Part shown: one piece after another, positions 1 through 12,659 of the stretch
Position numbering within the stretch: position 1 is the first letter of the stretch
Layout: every line of letters begins with the position of its first letter
Origin: Octopus sinensis
Taxonomy: Eukaryota
DNA: 64,000 bases
Direction: 5' to 3'
Assembly (NCBI RefSeq): GCF_006345805.1
Contig: NC_043000.1
Location: 103,354,001 to 103,418,000, forward strand
Notes under the pieces: generated by a model
Told to the model about the DNA's origin: nothing
What the model saw: the letters and a program-made list of their open reading frames with translations, nothing else
The model's database searches: none
Made by a program: the position numbers and the translations under genes

Positions 1-225
1 TTGGTCAAAGAGTGAGAGATGGCGGATTAAATTGTACGAACGAGTAAAGATGATGATGATGATGATGATGACGACGACGACGACGATGTAGTTATCGTAA
101 TAGACTCCACCTTACCACCATCAGTTCTACTCCATCGATGGTATAAGAGAATACATATACGTACGCATGTACAAACATACACAACAACACACACGCACAC
201 ATCCAGGAAGAGGGAGAGATGGGGA

Positions 226-275
<50 letters not shown>

Positions 276-418
276 ACTGTGGCATGAAACACGAGTCGCG
301 AGAAAAGAATTTAGTTTGCGTAAACCATATAATCGAGTACACACTTCCTCATTCGTCAACAAATGTAAGGCTTAACCTTACTACCTACACAGACTCGCAT
401 ATATGTATGTGTGTGTGC

Positions 419-502
<84 letters not shown>

Positions 503-790
503 TGTGTTGTGTATGTATATATATATATAATATACACACACAAAATTGGTAGATGGAAACAAGAAAATTCTATCGTAATTGTGTGTGTGTGTGCATACAC
601 ACGATGAAATTCTGTACTGTTTCCGTCTACCAATTTTTCGCTTAAAAACGAGTAGTCAACCAGTGGCTGCAAAAGGAGATGCTCACTGAAAGTTCACTGT
701 TGTAGAAGAAAACCCTCAAACAATGTAGCCTGCTATTAACCATTAAGGGTTTCGGATTTTGACTAAGTGGACGTTCTGCTGGCCCACAAT

Positions 791-888
<98 letters not shown>

Positions 889-1770
889 TATATATATGTA
901 TATTTATTAGCTTTGTCCAAGCCTAATTAGGTTACCTATGAAGAAGACCAAAGTAAGCGATCCCCTCAAACTATGAATTCACAAACACTTTCCACCTTAC
1001 AAGAATGAAAGATGACTCAGTGTATCGAAGACATAAAAAGATGATTATAACATATCTGTATTCCTATCATTAGCTGCCCAAACGGTTATCACTGTGGTTT
1101 TGACGCCTAGTCTATAAAATTCAATCCGGTGGTGTCCACAGCGTTAAAAATATAAACGTTGCCTAGGAATCCATCAGTTAGTTACTACAAGTAACAACAT
1201 AAGAATAAACAGACACTGATAACTTATAGCTACAAAATAGTGGTTATGACAAAGAAATAATTCCAAAACGGACATTCTGGCAATATAACAAGTGTAGATA
1301 ACTAGATACCTTGTTTCTCAACCAATATCACATTACGAACATAATATCGTACCCAAAACGAGACTGATAACGATAAGCGGAACAGTACATCTCGTAAACA
1401 ACGTTCTCGAACTATGTACAATGAAAAGGACACTTTTAGATAGATATCTATGAAATAAGTTCAATAGTGTAAAATATATTAACCAAATAAACTGGTTTAT
1501 TAAAATCAAAACAATAAGAAAAGAGAAATAGAATTCAACCAAATTACACACACACCACACACACACATCTTTAATTAAAACGAATAATTAACACTTCTCA
1601 ATTACAAAGAGACTAAATAATCTTTATATATATACATATGTATGTATATACATACATACATACATATATACATACATACTTCTTTCCTTCTTTCCTGAGC
1701 GTCCAATAATACTATATTTGTTCCACGTCCTCGCGTTGTTGTGGTTCTTTTTGTGCTTTCTTGTTTGGAT

Positions 1771-1838
<68 letters not shown>

Positions 1839-2699
1839 TATATATAATCATATATATATATGGCAGAGAGGGTGTGTATGTGACAGATATTGAGTGAGAA
1901 AAAAGATGACGAGATGAAGGGAAATATATAAATGTAGAAAGAGAAAGAGTGAATGGGGAAGAGTAAGAAAGGTCGAAATAAATATAAAAACCAATAAAGA
2001 TAAACATAAAGAAAAAGTATAGAAATGATCGTGGTTTTGTTTTTGTATGTTCGTTTTGTGTCATATATTAATTTTATATCTTTACTCTTAAGTTTCGGTG
2101 ATTCCTCGTTTTGCTTTGACTTATTTTACATCTGAGGCATCTTAACTAACGCACATTCAGTGTTTTTACGAAGGTTATTTGGTGTAGCAATGTTAATTTA
2201 ATTTGAAATTCTACACAACACATTGTATATGCGGCGAACACACATAAGCTTGCGTGATGCGTGTAAAAAAATATGGAAGCTTCCGTTGGCTTCCTCTTGA
2301 TTAGGAAACATGTCATGTCCGACAACAGTAAGATTGTCGCTATGGTTTATTATGTGCGTAATCTGAAAATCGTTATCACAGAATACTGAATACATTTTAA
2401 TCACTTGTATGCAGTTGAACTGTGTATTTCCATCGCTATTGGCTATGGATACGTGAAGTGGTGTCATTATAAGAATGTATAACGAAAGGACATCGTTTCT
2501 TCTGAAGAAAACCCGTCAGAAGATTTTTTAAAAAGACATCATAACGTTCATCACCATCGTCCTCGCCATTATTATCCATTTTCCAGCCAAGAATGAAGCT
2601 TTTCCGAGATTTCTAGATTTGCAAGAAATAGCAGTAACATCTCATTTATATGAAAATTTACGGTTTTAAAAGAAGGAAAGAGTTTTCCACTAATATAGC

Positions 2700-3030
2700 A
2701 GTACGGTGGCTAGTGTGTCTCAGTAACCCTGAGAGCTATACGAGCAAAGTGCAAACTCCTTGTTGGGGCTTTCTATGCTAGATAGGTCAAAGGATAGAAG
2801 CCAGACTAATATAGATCAACTTTTAGGAGAGGTCAAAATGGGTTGGCGTATGGCAAACACTCCTACCTAGGAAAAGGAAATTGAAATGTTACAAAAGCAT
2901 CGATGACATTTCAAAACCTACGAGAAATGGGCGAGAGATCAGAAAAGACATCCTAGAGTCGAGAAGAGCGAAGAAAAGTCGTCAATGGCTTATGCTCCAT
3001 AGGTAGCAAAGCGCTTATGTAAATAAATGT
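2700..3030 (+). mobile_element. Possible internally deleted RTE-derived fragment
   Basis: Ends in gtcaatggcttatgctccataggtagcaaagcg (VNGLCS), which resembles RTE 3' ends. The rest is poorly conserved. Confidence 0.3.
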
Positions 3031-3299
3031 ATTATGTCTGAGACAAAGAGAGAAACAGGTAAGAAAATGGTGGGATGGCGATGACTTGAAAGCCTGTGAT
3101 CATTGTTCGATTCGATTATAACTTATCTAGGGATAAACAAAATCAATCATTAATGTTTCAAACTGTGGAAGATGACAGAATCAATAAAGATGCAGTTCCT
3201 ACCAGTGCTATGTTTTGCATGTTCCCCCGTGTTCGATAACGAATTAATAAGATTCTCAGACGGATATGAAAACTTTTTGCCTATGTTAGAAAAGAGGAA

Positions 3300-3550
3300 A
3301 CGTTAGAGCGTCAGACAAATTTCTTTGCGGTATTTCTTCCCGGCTCTTTACGTTCCGGTTTAAAATTCCGCCGTGCTCAGATTTACTTTTCATCCTTTCG
3401 GGTTGGATGCAATAAACTACCAGTCAACTCGTGAGTTCAATGTAGTCTAGACTAGCTCCTCCCCACAACCCTGCTCTTCAGATACTTCTCTTATTAGCCC
3501 CGAAAGGAAGAAAGAAAAGTCAACTTCAGCGGAATTTGAACTTAGAACGT
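3300..3550. mobile_element. Inverted pair of SINE family B fragments
   Basis: Forward ttttcatcctttcggg block (3300-3425) facing a reverse ccccgaaaggaagaaag...ggaatttgaac block (3480-3550). Confidence 0.6.
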
Positions 3551-3718
3551 GTTGTAGTGAATTAGATGGTACATCCCTCCCACTTGACGAATGAAGTAAC
3601 CTAGTCACAATAAGAAAAAGAAAAGTAGGCGGTCAGAGAGAATTGTTGTTTTTTTTTTGCTGTTGTTGTTTTTTGTTCTTTTTCTCCCCATTGTAGAGGT
3701 GAAAAAATAGCTTTTATT

Positions 3719-4992
3719 ATAGAAAGCTACGCAAAAACCGCTGCAGTGAGAACGGCTACACCGTTTGAAGCGAAGCAGTTAAAATTAACAGTCAACGATA
3801 AGAGCAAATAGTTTGTGCAAAGAGAGAGAGACGCAATAAAGCTGGCCCCTCCAGAGGAAACAGTCAACGATAAGAGCGATAGGACGGTGGTGTACCGCAC
3901 GCAAGCGGTCGCCACCAGTATAATAGAGATCCTATCAGAGAACGATATAGAGGAATGCTTGGGACCCCTGATGAAAAAGGCAACGTTCGTAAGCCGAGGA
4001 AGAAAATATGGTACGGTGGAGGTAAGGTTTGCTACAAAAGGAGAGGCGGCCTTACATTCCACCACTATTCTACACTCTGACAAGATAGCGCTGCTGCCCA
4101 CGTATAGGGGCAAGTGCAGTGTTCGGATTCAAATAGGAAGAGTGCCACCAGAAATAAAGACAGAGTGGTTGGTGGAAGCTATTCTGACTTCCACCGAGAA
4201 GAATCCCGAATTGGTACCAGTGGGAAGAACGAGCATGTTAAACTGATAGGGATGCGGTGTTGAGATGTGGCTTTTTGCCACTTTCGACGACATTGAGAGG
4301 ATCCCCTACCAAATAGAGATTGCGAGAGAAAGTTCCCTCAAAGTAATTGTTGAGGGTCGTCGAATTGTTACGAATGCGGAGTGAGAGGCCATATGAGGAC
4401 GCAGTGCCCCAAGCACAAGCCTTCTCAGAGTGAGAAGGCTGTGGAGAAAGACCAAGAAGAAGTGGAAATTGGAGTACAAATTGAAGCAATGAAAGACGGA
4501 GACGGCAAAAGAGATGCGAGGTGCATCAGCGACGCAGAAGAGGTGGGTACGAGGGAGGATGAAGCGAGGGAAGCGGAGGGGGGGTGTGACGGGTTTCTCA
4601 GGCTCAAAGGGAGGAGAGGGGAAAAATCAGGCAAGCACTCGCGGGGAGCGGAGGCGGAGAGAGCACCCAGGGAGGTGGGAGCCGCCTAAACTCGGGCGTG
4701 CGCGTGCAGTAGAGGCGGAGCCGGGGGGTGGAATTTGGACATGGGACATTCTTGATCTTCTGCGTGGGGAGTGTGGAGGTGGAGAGGAGAGTGTCCAGGT
4801 GGAAGGGATTGGTGGTGGTGGGGCTGCCCGGTGGGTCAGTGTGTTCCGTTGAGTGACGAGGGGTGCGAGATATGCATGGATTCATATCGTGAGTTGGTGG
4901 CTGTGATTGACGAGCCGGTGTTGTATGATACCCTGCCGCCCGTGAGGGAATATGAAGAGTTGAGAAATTTTAGACAAAATTATAATATATGA
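3719..4992 (+). mobile_element. Tx1/L1-clade non-LTR retrotransposon ORF1 (gag-like) remnant, 3'-truncated
   Basis: GC-rich island. The frame reads SYAKTAAVR...VEVRFATK...VRIQIGRVPPEIKTEWLV...LKVIVEGRR with stops and frameshifts. A CCHC zinc knuckle CYECGVRGHMRTQC lies at 4366-4407, followed by a charged low-complexity tail. No ORF2 follows. Confidence 0.8.
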
Positions 4993-5018
4993 TATGAACA
5001 ATATAGAAAAAATGAAGA

Positions 5019-5185
5019 TTACTCTTTTATTTGTTTCAGTCATTTGAGTGCGGCCATGCTGAAGCACCGCCTTTAGTCGAGCATATCGACCCTAGGACTT
5101 ATTCTTTGTAAGCCTAGTACTTATTCTATCAGTCTCTTTTGCCGAACCGCTAAGTTACGGGGACGTAAACACACGACCATCGGTC
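5019..5185 (-). mobile_element. SINE family A, 3' (tail) half
   Basis: gtttcagtcatttgagtgcggccatgctgaagcaccgcc...cgtaaacacac is the reverse complement of the family tail. Confidence 0.85.
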
Positions 5186-5248
5186 AGACACACAAGCATA
5201 TACATACACACACACTCACACACACACACACTCACACACACACACACG

Positions 5249-5323
<75 letters not shown>

Positions 5324-5325
<2 letters not shown>

Positions 5326-5705
5326 TAGCGTTGCTCGGGTTTGTAAGGGAAATAATTATATAAGCATTTTTAGAGATGTAAAGTATAATAGCCATCTCAA
5401 TATGGCTAACCACAAAGGGGGGGGTGTTACTGTAGCTTTTTACGTTCCGAGATTTAATAATAAATTTTAGAGAGTTACTTCCCTTATATATGTCAAAAAT
5501 GGATTAAAAATGGGAAAAATTGATGGTAAATTTTTTTTTGAATCGTAGACTCATCGTAGACGCGCGCTAATACCCAGACGGTCTCGATATGAATCACGAC
5601 TATAAGATACCCGGTTTTGGTTAAACTGCACCGCAAAATGTGGGAGTAGTTACGAATCTAAATCGTAGGAGACAGACACACAACCTCACTTTTATACATA
5701 AAGAT
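5324..5705 (+). mobile_element. Non-autonomous Helitron/Helentron-like element, family H1 copy 1
   Basis: Starts actagc...ttgctcggg and ends gacagacacacaacctcacttttatacataaagat. Closely similar to 9009-9403. Confidence 0.65.
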
Positions 5706-5776
5706 TTCCTCTATTTACATAATATTGAGGTCTCTTTCTTTCTTTTGTTATCTTACTGTTTTTACCAATATACATA

Positions 5777-5905
5777 ATCAGCCGAAATTACTACGATGAT
5801 CCGGTTCTTGACTGAAGACTGAGGGTTTCGAGTGTCCTGTCCGTGTTTATTGTGTCGTCTTCTAAGAGTTATACGTTCTTGTCCATGTTGTATTTTTCTA
5901 CATAC
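5777..5905. repeat. Solo copy of the agccgaaatt...tttctacat repeat
   Basis: Same unit as 34447 and 35315, abutting (TA)n. Confidence 0.8.
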
Positions 5906-5906
5906 C

Positions 5907-5966
<60 letters not shown>

Positions 5967-6026
5967 CAGAGATGTACTTGCATAGCAAGTGACTTGATCT
6001 GAGATCGTGTGCTGGAACGAAAACAG

Positions 6027-6284
6027 TTGCAGCGTTGAAGGTGTTTATAAGCCATTTAAGAAACACACAAAACCGTTAGATTCACTTCAACATTTAAATT
6101 TAATTTGTCAAAATATTTTCGTCGCTTTGAGACCGCGACCTGTTAGCACGATATTTTTGTCAGTGAACAGGTCGCGGTCTCAAAGCGAGGAAAATATTTT
6201 GGCAAATTAAATTTAAATGTTGAAGTGAATCTAACGGTTTTTGTGTGTTTCTTAAATGGCTTACAAACACCTTCCACGCTGCAA
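6027..6284. repeat. Long inverted repeat (arms of about 118 bp, 21-bp spacer)
   Basis: Arms 6027-6144 and 6166-6284 differ by 4 substitutions and 1 indel. Confidence 0.95.
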
Positions 6285-6367
6285 TATATATATACACACA
6301 TATATATGTATGTATGTATGTATGTGTGTATATGTGTATGCATGTATGTGTGTGTGTGTGTGTGTGT

Positions 6368-6590
6368 GCGTGTCTGTGCTTGTGATTGTCCTCCACCACT
6401 GCTTGACAACGAATGTTGGTTTGTTTACATCCCTGTCATCTAGTGGTTTGACAAAGGAAACAGATAGAATAAGTACAATGCTTACAAAAATAAAACTGGA
6501 GTTGATTCATTAAACTAAAATTCTTCAAGGCATTGCCCCAGCATGGCCACAGACCAATGGCTGGAAAAAGCAGAAGAATAAAAGAATACA
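6368..6590 (+). mobile_element. SINE family A, 3' half
   Basis: cttgacaac...ccccagcatggcc...aagaataaaagaata tail. Confidence 0.75.
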
Positions 6591-6654
6591 TTCTCTGCTT
6601 TGGTCTTATGTTCAAGGCATGAGAAAGCTTGAGTTTACATGGGAAGGCCTAACA

Positions 6655-6950
6655 GACCTGGTAGAAACAGCAGCCAAATCTCCCTCAAATCACACCTTAC
6701 TGTCTTATGTATGTATATATATATGAGCCAATGAGGGGGACCTCTACATGGTAGCTAGACCTGGTAGAAATAGCAGCCAAATTTCCCCCAAATCACACCT
6801 TACTGTCTTATCTATGTATATATGTATGTATGAGCCTATGAGGGAGACCCCTACATGGCAGCTAGACATGGTAGAAATAGCAGCCAAATCTCCCTCAAAT
6901 CACACCTTACTGTCTTATGTATGTATAATATATATATACAAGCCACTACG
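6655..6950. repeat. Tandem triplication, unit of about 115 bp containing a short (TA/TG) tract
   Basis: agacctggtagaaa(c/t)agcagccaaat...caaatcacaccttactgtcttat occurs three times. Confidence 0.9.
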
Positions 6951-6964
6951 GTTATTTAATGTAA

Positions 6965-7407
6965 AGTCTTCCTCAAATCACTCTCGCTATTTACTCTCTT
7001 CCAAGAACATTTTCACTCACTCTTATCTCTTAGCTTGCCATACATTTTACTCATGTATCTATCAGCGTGATAGACAGAAACAAATATTACATCGCCATCG
7101 CCATCGCATTCTATTGTCTACCTGTCAACACATACACAGTGAATTACTTTCATTTTATTCGTTGCACACTGTGTGTGTGCGTGTGCGTGTGGTGTAAACC
7201 ACATTAAGAAAAGCATTTGACATACACACCAGAATGTGAGTTTTCTGTAATTTTGCTTAATTGGAGTTTAAATTTTAAAAACTGGACCTGGCATGACCCG
7301 ATGCATTCTACTCTTAAAAATGCTAGGTAAATTGTAATTGAAGAAATCCTATATTGTAGATTCTATAACTGACAAAGGGAGGCAGATAAAATCTGCCTTT
7401 TATAATA

Positions 7408-7411
<4 letters not shown>
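6965..7411 (+). mobile_element. Non-autonomous Helitron-like element, family H2 copy 1
   Basis: Near-identical to 9784-10184. Perfect 3' hairpin ggcagat-aaa-atctgcc (7381-7397), followed by ttttataataagat. Confidence 0.6.
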
Positions 7412-7472
<61 letters not shown>

Positions 7473-7473
<1 letters not shown>

Positions 7474-7617
7474 TACGACGGGCTTCAGTTTCCGTCTACC
7501 AAATCCACTCACAAGGCTTTGGTCGGCCTGAGACTATAGTAGAAGACACTTACCCAAGGTGCCACACAGTGGGAAGGAACCTGAAACCATGTGGTTGGGA
7601 AGCAAGCTACTTACCAC
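7473..7617 (-). mobile_element. SINE family A, 5' half (tRNA-like head plus CORE-like block)
   Basis: acgacgggcttcagtttccgtctaccaaatccactcacaaggc...ccaaggtgccac...gcaagctacttaccac. Confidence 0.85.
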
Positions 7618-7807
7618 GTGAATTTTTTTTTTTAAAAAAAGGAAAAATGAGAGGAAACACTGTCCAAAATAATGTCTAAATGACTTCAGGGGTCGAGTGG
7701 GTATTGCGCCTCATTTTATCATTTTCATAATTTCATAATTTCATTCTGCCCTTTCTATTGCAAAAAAAATGTACTTAATTTTTTTTATTTTCACTCGGTT
7801 TACTTAC

Positions 7808-7935
7808 AATATCATACCAAAGTTTACAGCAAGCCCAGGAAATGCTGGATACAATGTAATTGGATTCCTTTGAGCAAAATTCTCTATTTGAAATTTCCTC
7901 TATAATTTTAAAGTTTGACTTTTTTCCTGAGTTCA
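7808..7935 (-). CDS. Candidate internal exon (NSGKKSNFKIIEEISNREFCSKESNYIVSSISWACCKLWYDI)
   Basis: ctacag acceptor, gtaagt donor and 42 open codons in unique AT-rich sequence. No family recognised. Confidence 0.25.
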
Positions 7936-8598
7936 CTGTAGACTTCAGTATAATATTGTAAGTTGAGAGTGTAAAAATAAAACAAATAAGTACATTTTGT
8001 TGCTATAGACACACGGAAAGTGTGTAAATAAACACTGTTTTAATATAAGAAAGTGGCGACCAAACTCCAGTGATGAGAGTACATATGTACTTAAGTAGAT
8101 AGAATGACATGCATTGAAATATATATAGAATTCAATTTTTTTAGGAATTTTTTTTTTCAAACTAAAAATTTAGCGAAGGAATAACTCTGACAAATGAAAC
8201 CACTGCATTTTGATGAAGAAAACAAAATGAAAAGAAAGAAAAAAGAAAAAGAAACCACTGAGGTTTGTTAGTCAGAGACGCCATACGCATGAAAAAACGA
8301 TAGTCAAGTTAGTATTACCGTTTTTAATGCAGTGAGCATAGAAAATTTAATTAGAAATAATTATTTGATGAGAAAAATACATTATCAAAATGATTAATGT
8401 CATCTTAATCATCTCGTTTTAAAAACGGTAGTTAATGACATTACATTTTGATGTCGAAACCCCAACGTTCAACCTATATGGTCACTTCATCGGCTAAAAA
8501 TAACAGTTAAATTATCCTCAAATCTAGAGTGACCATACTTGACTGATATTCAATCGAGACAGAAAAAGACCTCAATTTAAAAGTTTAAACGCGTGCAC

Positions 8599-8666
<68 letters not shown>

Positions 8667-8814
8667 ATAACATATGCCTTTTATGTATGTATGTGTGAGT
8701 GCGTGTGTGTGTATGTGTAATATATATTATATATACATTTATATGTATCAATATTTATTCATACATACATACATGCATACGTGTGTGTGTGTGTGTGTGT
8801 GTGTGCATTTCATG

Positions 8815-8975
8815 GCTATATGGTTAAGAAGTTCGCTTTTGCAACCACATGATTCAGATTCAGTCCCAGTGAGTGGCACTTTGGGCAGGTGTCTTCTACA
8901 ATGACCCCGGCTGACCAATAACACGTGAGTGAATTTTGAGACAGAGGCTGTGTGGAAGCCCATTGTATAACATGT
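8815..8975 (+). mobile_element. SINE family A, 5' half
   Basis: atggctatatggttaagaag...ttcagtccc...ggcactttgggcaggtgtcttc. Confidence 0.7.
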
Positions 8976-9008
8976 GTGTGCTTGTTCCTCACATCGCTTT
9001 ATATAAGA

Positions 9009-9403
9009 CTAGCAGTATCGCCCGGCGTTGCTCGGGTTCTAAGGGAAATAACTATATAAGCATTTCTAGAGAGTTATAGGCAAAAAATAGCAAAAAAAAT
9101 GCATTAAAAATTGAAAAAAAATTAAGGTAAATTTTTTTTAAATCGTTGACACATCGTAGATATTTTTAGAGAGTTACTTCCCTTGTATAAAAACGAAAAA
9201 ATGCATTAAAATGGAAAAATATGATGGTAAATTTTTTTTAAATCGTAGACTCATCGTAGACGCGCGCTAATACCTAGGAGGGCTCGATATGAATCACGAC
9301 TATAAGATACCCGCTTTTGGTTAAACTGCACCGCAAAATGTGGGAGTAATTACGAATGTAAATCGAAGGGGACAGACACACAACTTCACTCTTATATAAA
9401 GAT
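9009..9403 (+). mobile_element. Non-autonomous Helitron/Helentron-like element, family H1 copy 2
   Basis: actagcagtatcgcccggcgttgctcggg start with a cccg/cggg hairpin, an internal tandem duplication of about 100 bp, and a ttatataaagat end. This is a Lep1/DINE-1-like layout. Confidence 0.7.
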
Positions 9404-9783
9404 GCTTTTTTTTTTCAGTCATAGAGTTAGATTTATGAAGGTCTTCAGTAGAAAATCCTTCGAATTCTGACTCGCTGTGCTTGATATAATGAAATTCGTA
9501 TCCATTTTTTCAGCAGAATTACAAATTTTGAAAACACAATAGGAACAATTTCGGAAAAAAATCTCCCATAATTCACGGAATTAAAATTACACTTCGATTT
9601 TTGTACAAAACTGTATTTGAAGTGTTTACGAAGTATAATACGTGTTTTCACGAATGTACTAAAGAGATTTACTCTGATATTCTCATTTAAATATGAATAG
9701 GTAAATTCGGGCGGTTTGGTAACGAAAGGGTTTATATAAGTGTCGTCTGTTTATACATAAACACTGTTTCATAGTTTCAGTTT

Positions 9784-10184
9784 AGTCTTCCTCAAATCAC
9801 TGTCGCTAATTTACTCTCTTCCAAGAACATTTTCACTCACTGTTATCTGTTAGCTTCCCATACATTTTACTCATGTATCTATCAGCGTGATAGACAGAAA
9901 CAAATATTACATTTACTTTCATTTTATTCGTTGCCCACTGTGTGTGTGCGTTTGCGTGTGGTGTAAACCAGACTAAGAAAAGCATTTGACACACACACCA
10001 GAATGTGAGTTTTCTGTAAATTTTGCTTAATTGGAGTTTAAATTTTAAAAACTGGACCTGGCATGACGCGATGCATTGTACTCTTAAAACTGCTAGGTAA
10101 ATTGTAATTGAAGAAATCCTATATTGTAGATTTGTATAACTCCCAAAGGGAGGCAGATAAAATCTGCCTTTTATAATAAGAGAT
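9784..10184 (+). mobile_element. Non-autonomous Helitron-like element, family H2 copy 2
   Basis: Same body and same 3' hairpin (10152-10168). It may extend 5' to about 9404. Confidence 0.6.
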
Positions 10185-10199
10185 AAACGATATAATATA

Positions 10200-10345
10200 T
10201 ACGTGGGGTGCTGAAAAGATCCTGACTTTGGGTAAAAGAAAATACAGGAGGTTCAGTTAATTATGATTTATCCAACATATTCCCCTCTCAGATTCAAACA
10301 GTTATTGCAGCAATCATTCAGTTTTACTAAGCAAGCCCTGTAAAA
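10200..10345. mobile_element. mariner-like terminal inverted repeat fragment
   Basis: tacgtggggtgctgaaaagatcctgactt resembles the TACGAGGG...AAAAGT mariner TIR. Confidence 0.45.
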
Positions 10346-10408
10346 GATGTTTTTTCTTTCTTTCTATCAAATGTGTGAAAGCCGCGGGACTTCTTACCCA
10401 AAACTGTT

Positions 10409-10446
<38 letters not shown>

Positions 10447-10526
10447 TATATTAAATTATATATATACATACATACATACATATATATATATACATATACA
10501 TATATATAATGTGTGTGTGTGTGTAT

Positions 10527-10588
<62 letters not shown>

Positions 10589-11014
10589 GTATGTATGTAT
10601 GTATGTATATTCAGAATTTGAAATAATCAGGTATTCAAATGGTAAAAGCATCAAGGATGTAGCGCATCTGTGTACCGACAATGTATATTGACATATACGT
10701 ACTTAATAGAGTAGATACGGATTGCCCTTCCAATTATCCATTCATTAATGAGTAGCTAATTGACTCCACAATGTGACATCAAAGTCACATCAGAGTACAC
10801 TCACTGCACGTATTCCAATTCGACGACATACTCCAGATCTAAACGTATGGAACGTTCCGAGTTAGGTGGAAAATAAATGATAACACAGATAGGTTTCAGG
10901 TCACGACAGCTGTTTCAAACCTTTTCTTTATTGATGATGTAACACTTTTGTTCATCCAATAAAGAACACCTCTGAAACAGCTGTAGTAAACCGCAACCAA
11001 CCAGTTTTAAGATT

Positions 11015-11046
<32 letters not shown>

Positions 11047-11094
11047 TATACACACACACAGCCCCCCCCCCTATATAAGTATATATAAAGTTGT

Positions 11095-11193
11095 CTGCAA
11101 ACCACATTGCATCTTGGACAACTGTCTTCAACGATAGCTTCGGGCCGACCAAAGCCCTGTGAGTAGATTTGGTAGACGGGAACTGAAAGAAGC

Positions 11194-11233
<40 letters not shown>

Positions 11234-11244
11234 GTGTGTGTGTA

Positions 11245-11293
<49 letters not shown>

Positions 11294-11475
11294 CTTTGTG
11301 TCTGTATTTGTCCCCCATCACTTTGATGAAGCGATTTGACAAAAGAGTCCCATAGAATAAGTGCCAGGCTTTAAAAAGATAAGTACAGGGGTCGATTTGT
11401 TCAACTAAAATTCTTCAAGGCGGAGCCCCAGCATGGCCGCACTCTAATAAATGAAGCAACTAAAAGGTAAAAGAT
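11095..11475 (+). mobile_element. SINE family A with internal (TG)/(TA) tract
   Basis: cttcgggccgaccaaagcc...gaaagaagc, then a microsatellite, then the ccccagcatggccgc tail. Confidence 0.75.
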
Positions 11476-12659
11476 AACAGATATTAATGCACAATATACC
11501 AAATAAGAACAAAGTACATATTAGTAGGAGAGAGTACACTTTAGCAGTCTATTGAATCGAATCATTGGCATAAATAGAATTTACTTTATAGACCCCTGAG
11601 ATAGGAAACGCAAAGCTTACACCGGCGGGAATCGAACTAAAATCATGGAAGTACGGAACTAAATCCTGTAAAACATACATGCCGTGCTGTTTTCCCCACT
11701 ACATTACACACACAAATACACATACATACATACATACATACACATACATACATACATACATACATACATACATACATACATACATACATGCATGCATACA
11801 TGTGTGTATATATTTGTATATGTGCGCGCGTGTTTCTACGTGCATAGACATACGATGCCTATCTACAATTTCTTCAAATATATATTCGTGTTAAGCTGTG
11901 AAAAGGTTGTAGGTCGTTGTACTCGCTTTATTGCAATCTCTTTCATAGAAATACTCAGAGAGTAAAAAAAATAGATCTCTAAAACACAATAACTTTCCAA
12001 GGCTTCAGTTTGACGTAACCATGAGTAGAGGAATTCTTTACTTTGGTTTCTTTCCAATCAGATAGATAGATCGTAATAGGTGTGCATGCGATTGTATTTC
12101 TATTATTTCTCGTGTGTGTGTGTGTGTATTTATGTGTGTGTGTGTGATTGCGCGCGCGCGTGTAGAAAATGTGAATTCTAAGGTTAATATTGGAAGATAT
12201 GAACGTTTCATAACAGATAGTAGGACGAAGTATGTCTGCTCATTTAATCGCTAAGAAAGAAAGAAAAATAAACGTCTGCTAGAGATATTGGTTTCATATT
12301 TGCCAAACTCGCCCAGTCATTTGGTTTCAGTAACACTCAAGGAATAATGGTGTTAGAAGTGAAAACTAAGGCAACATTTTGAGCACATGAATCACGGCCT
12401 AAGATCACAAGGAGACTAGAGTGTTGAAAGGAACTTGGGAGTTTCTACGTGATAGTTGGGTTTGCTAAAAATAGCTGCTTAATCTCTCCTCACATTACAA
12501 ATCTACCGTTTTAAAATAAAAGAACATGTTGGATAATGAAGTCCACGTTCCACTACATCGAGAGGAAAGATGAAGTAATCACGGCTGCAACAACCTTCAT
12601 TATATGGCTTCTCAAGCAAGATTGACTAGCGAGGGTTAGATAATGCTTTCTAGTTTTAG

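Noticed and set aside
11619-11663. Apparent 45-nt minus-strand exon (DLVPYFHDFSSIPAG)
   Set aside because: The sequence is a decayed SINE B head (gttcgattccc B box plus core), so the splice signals are coincidental.
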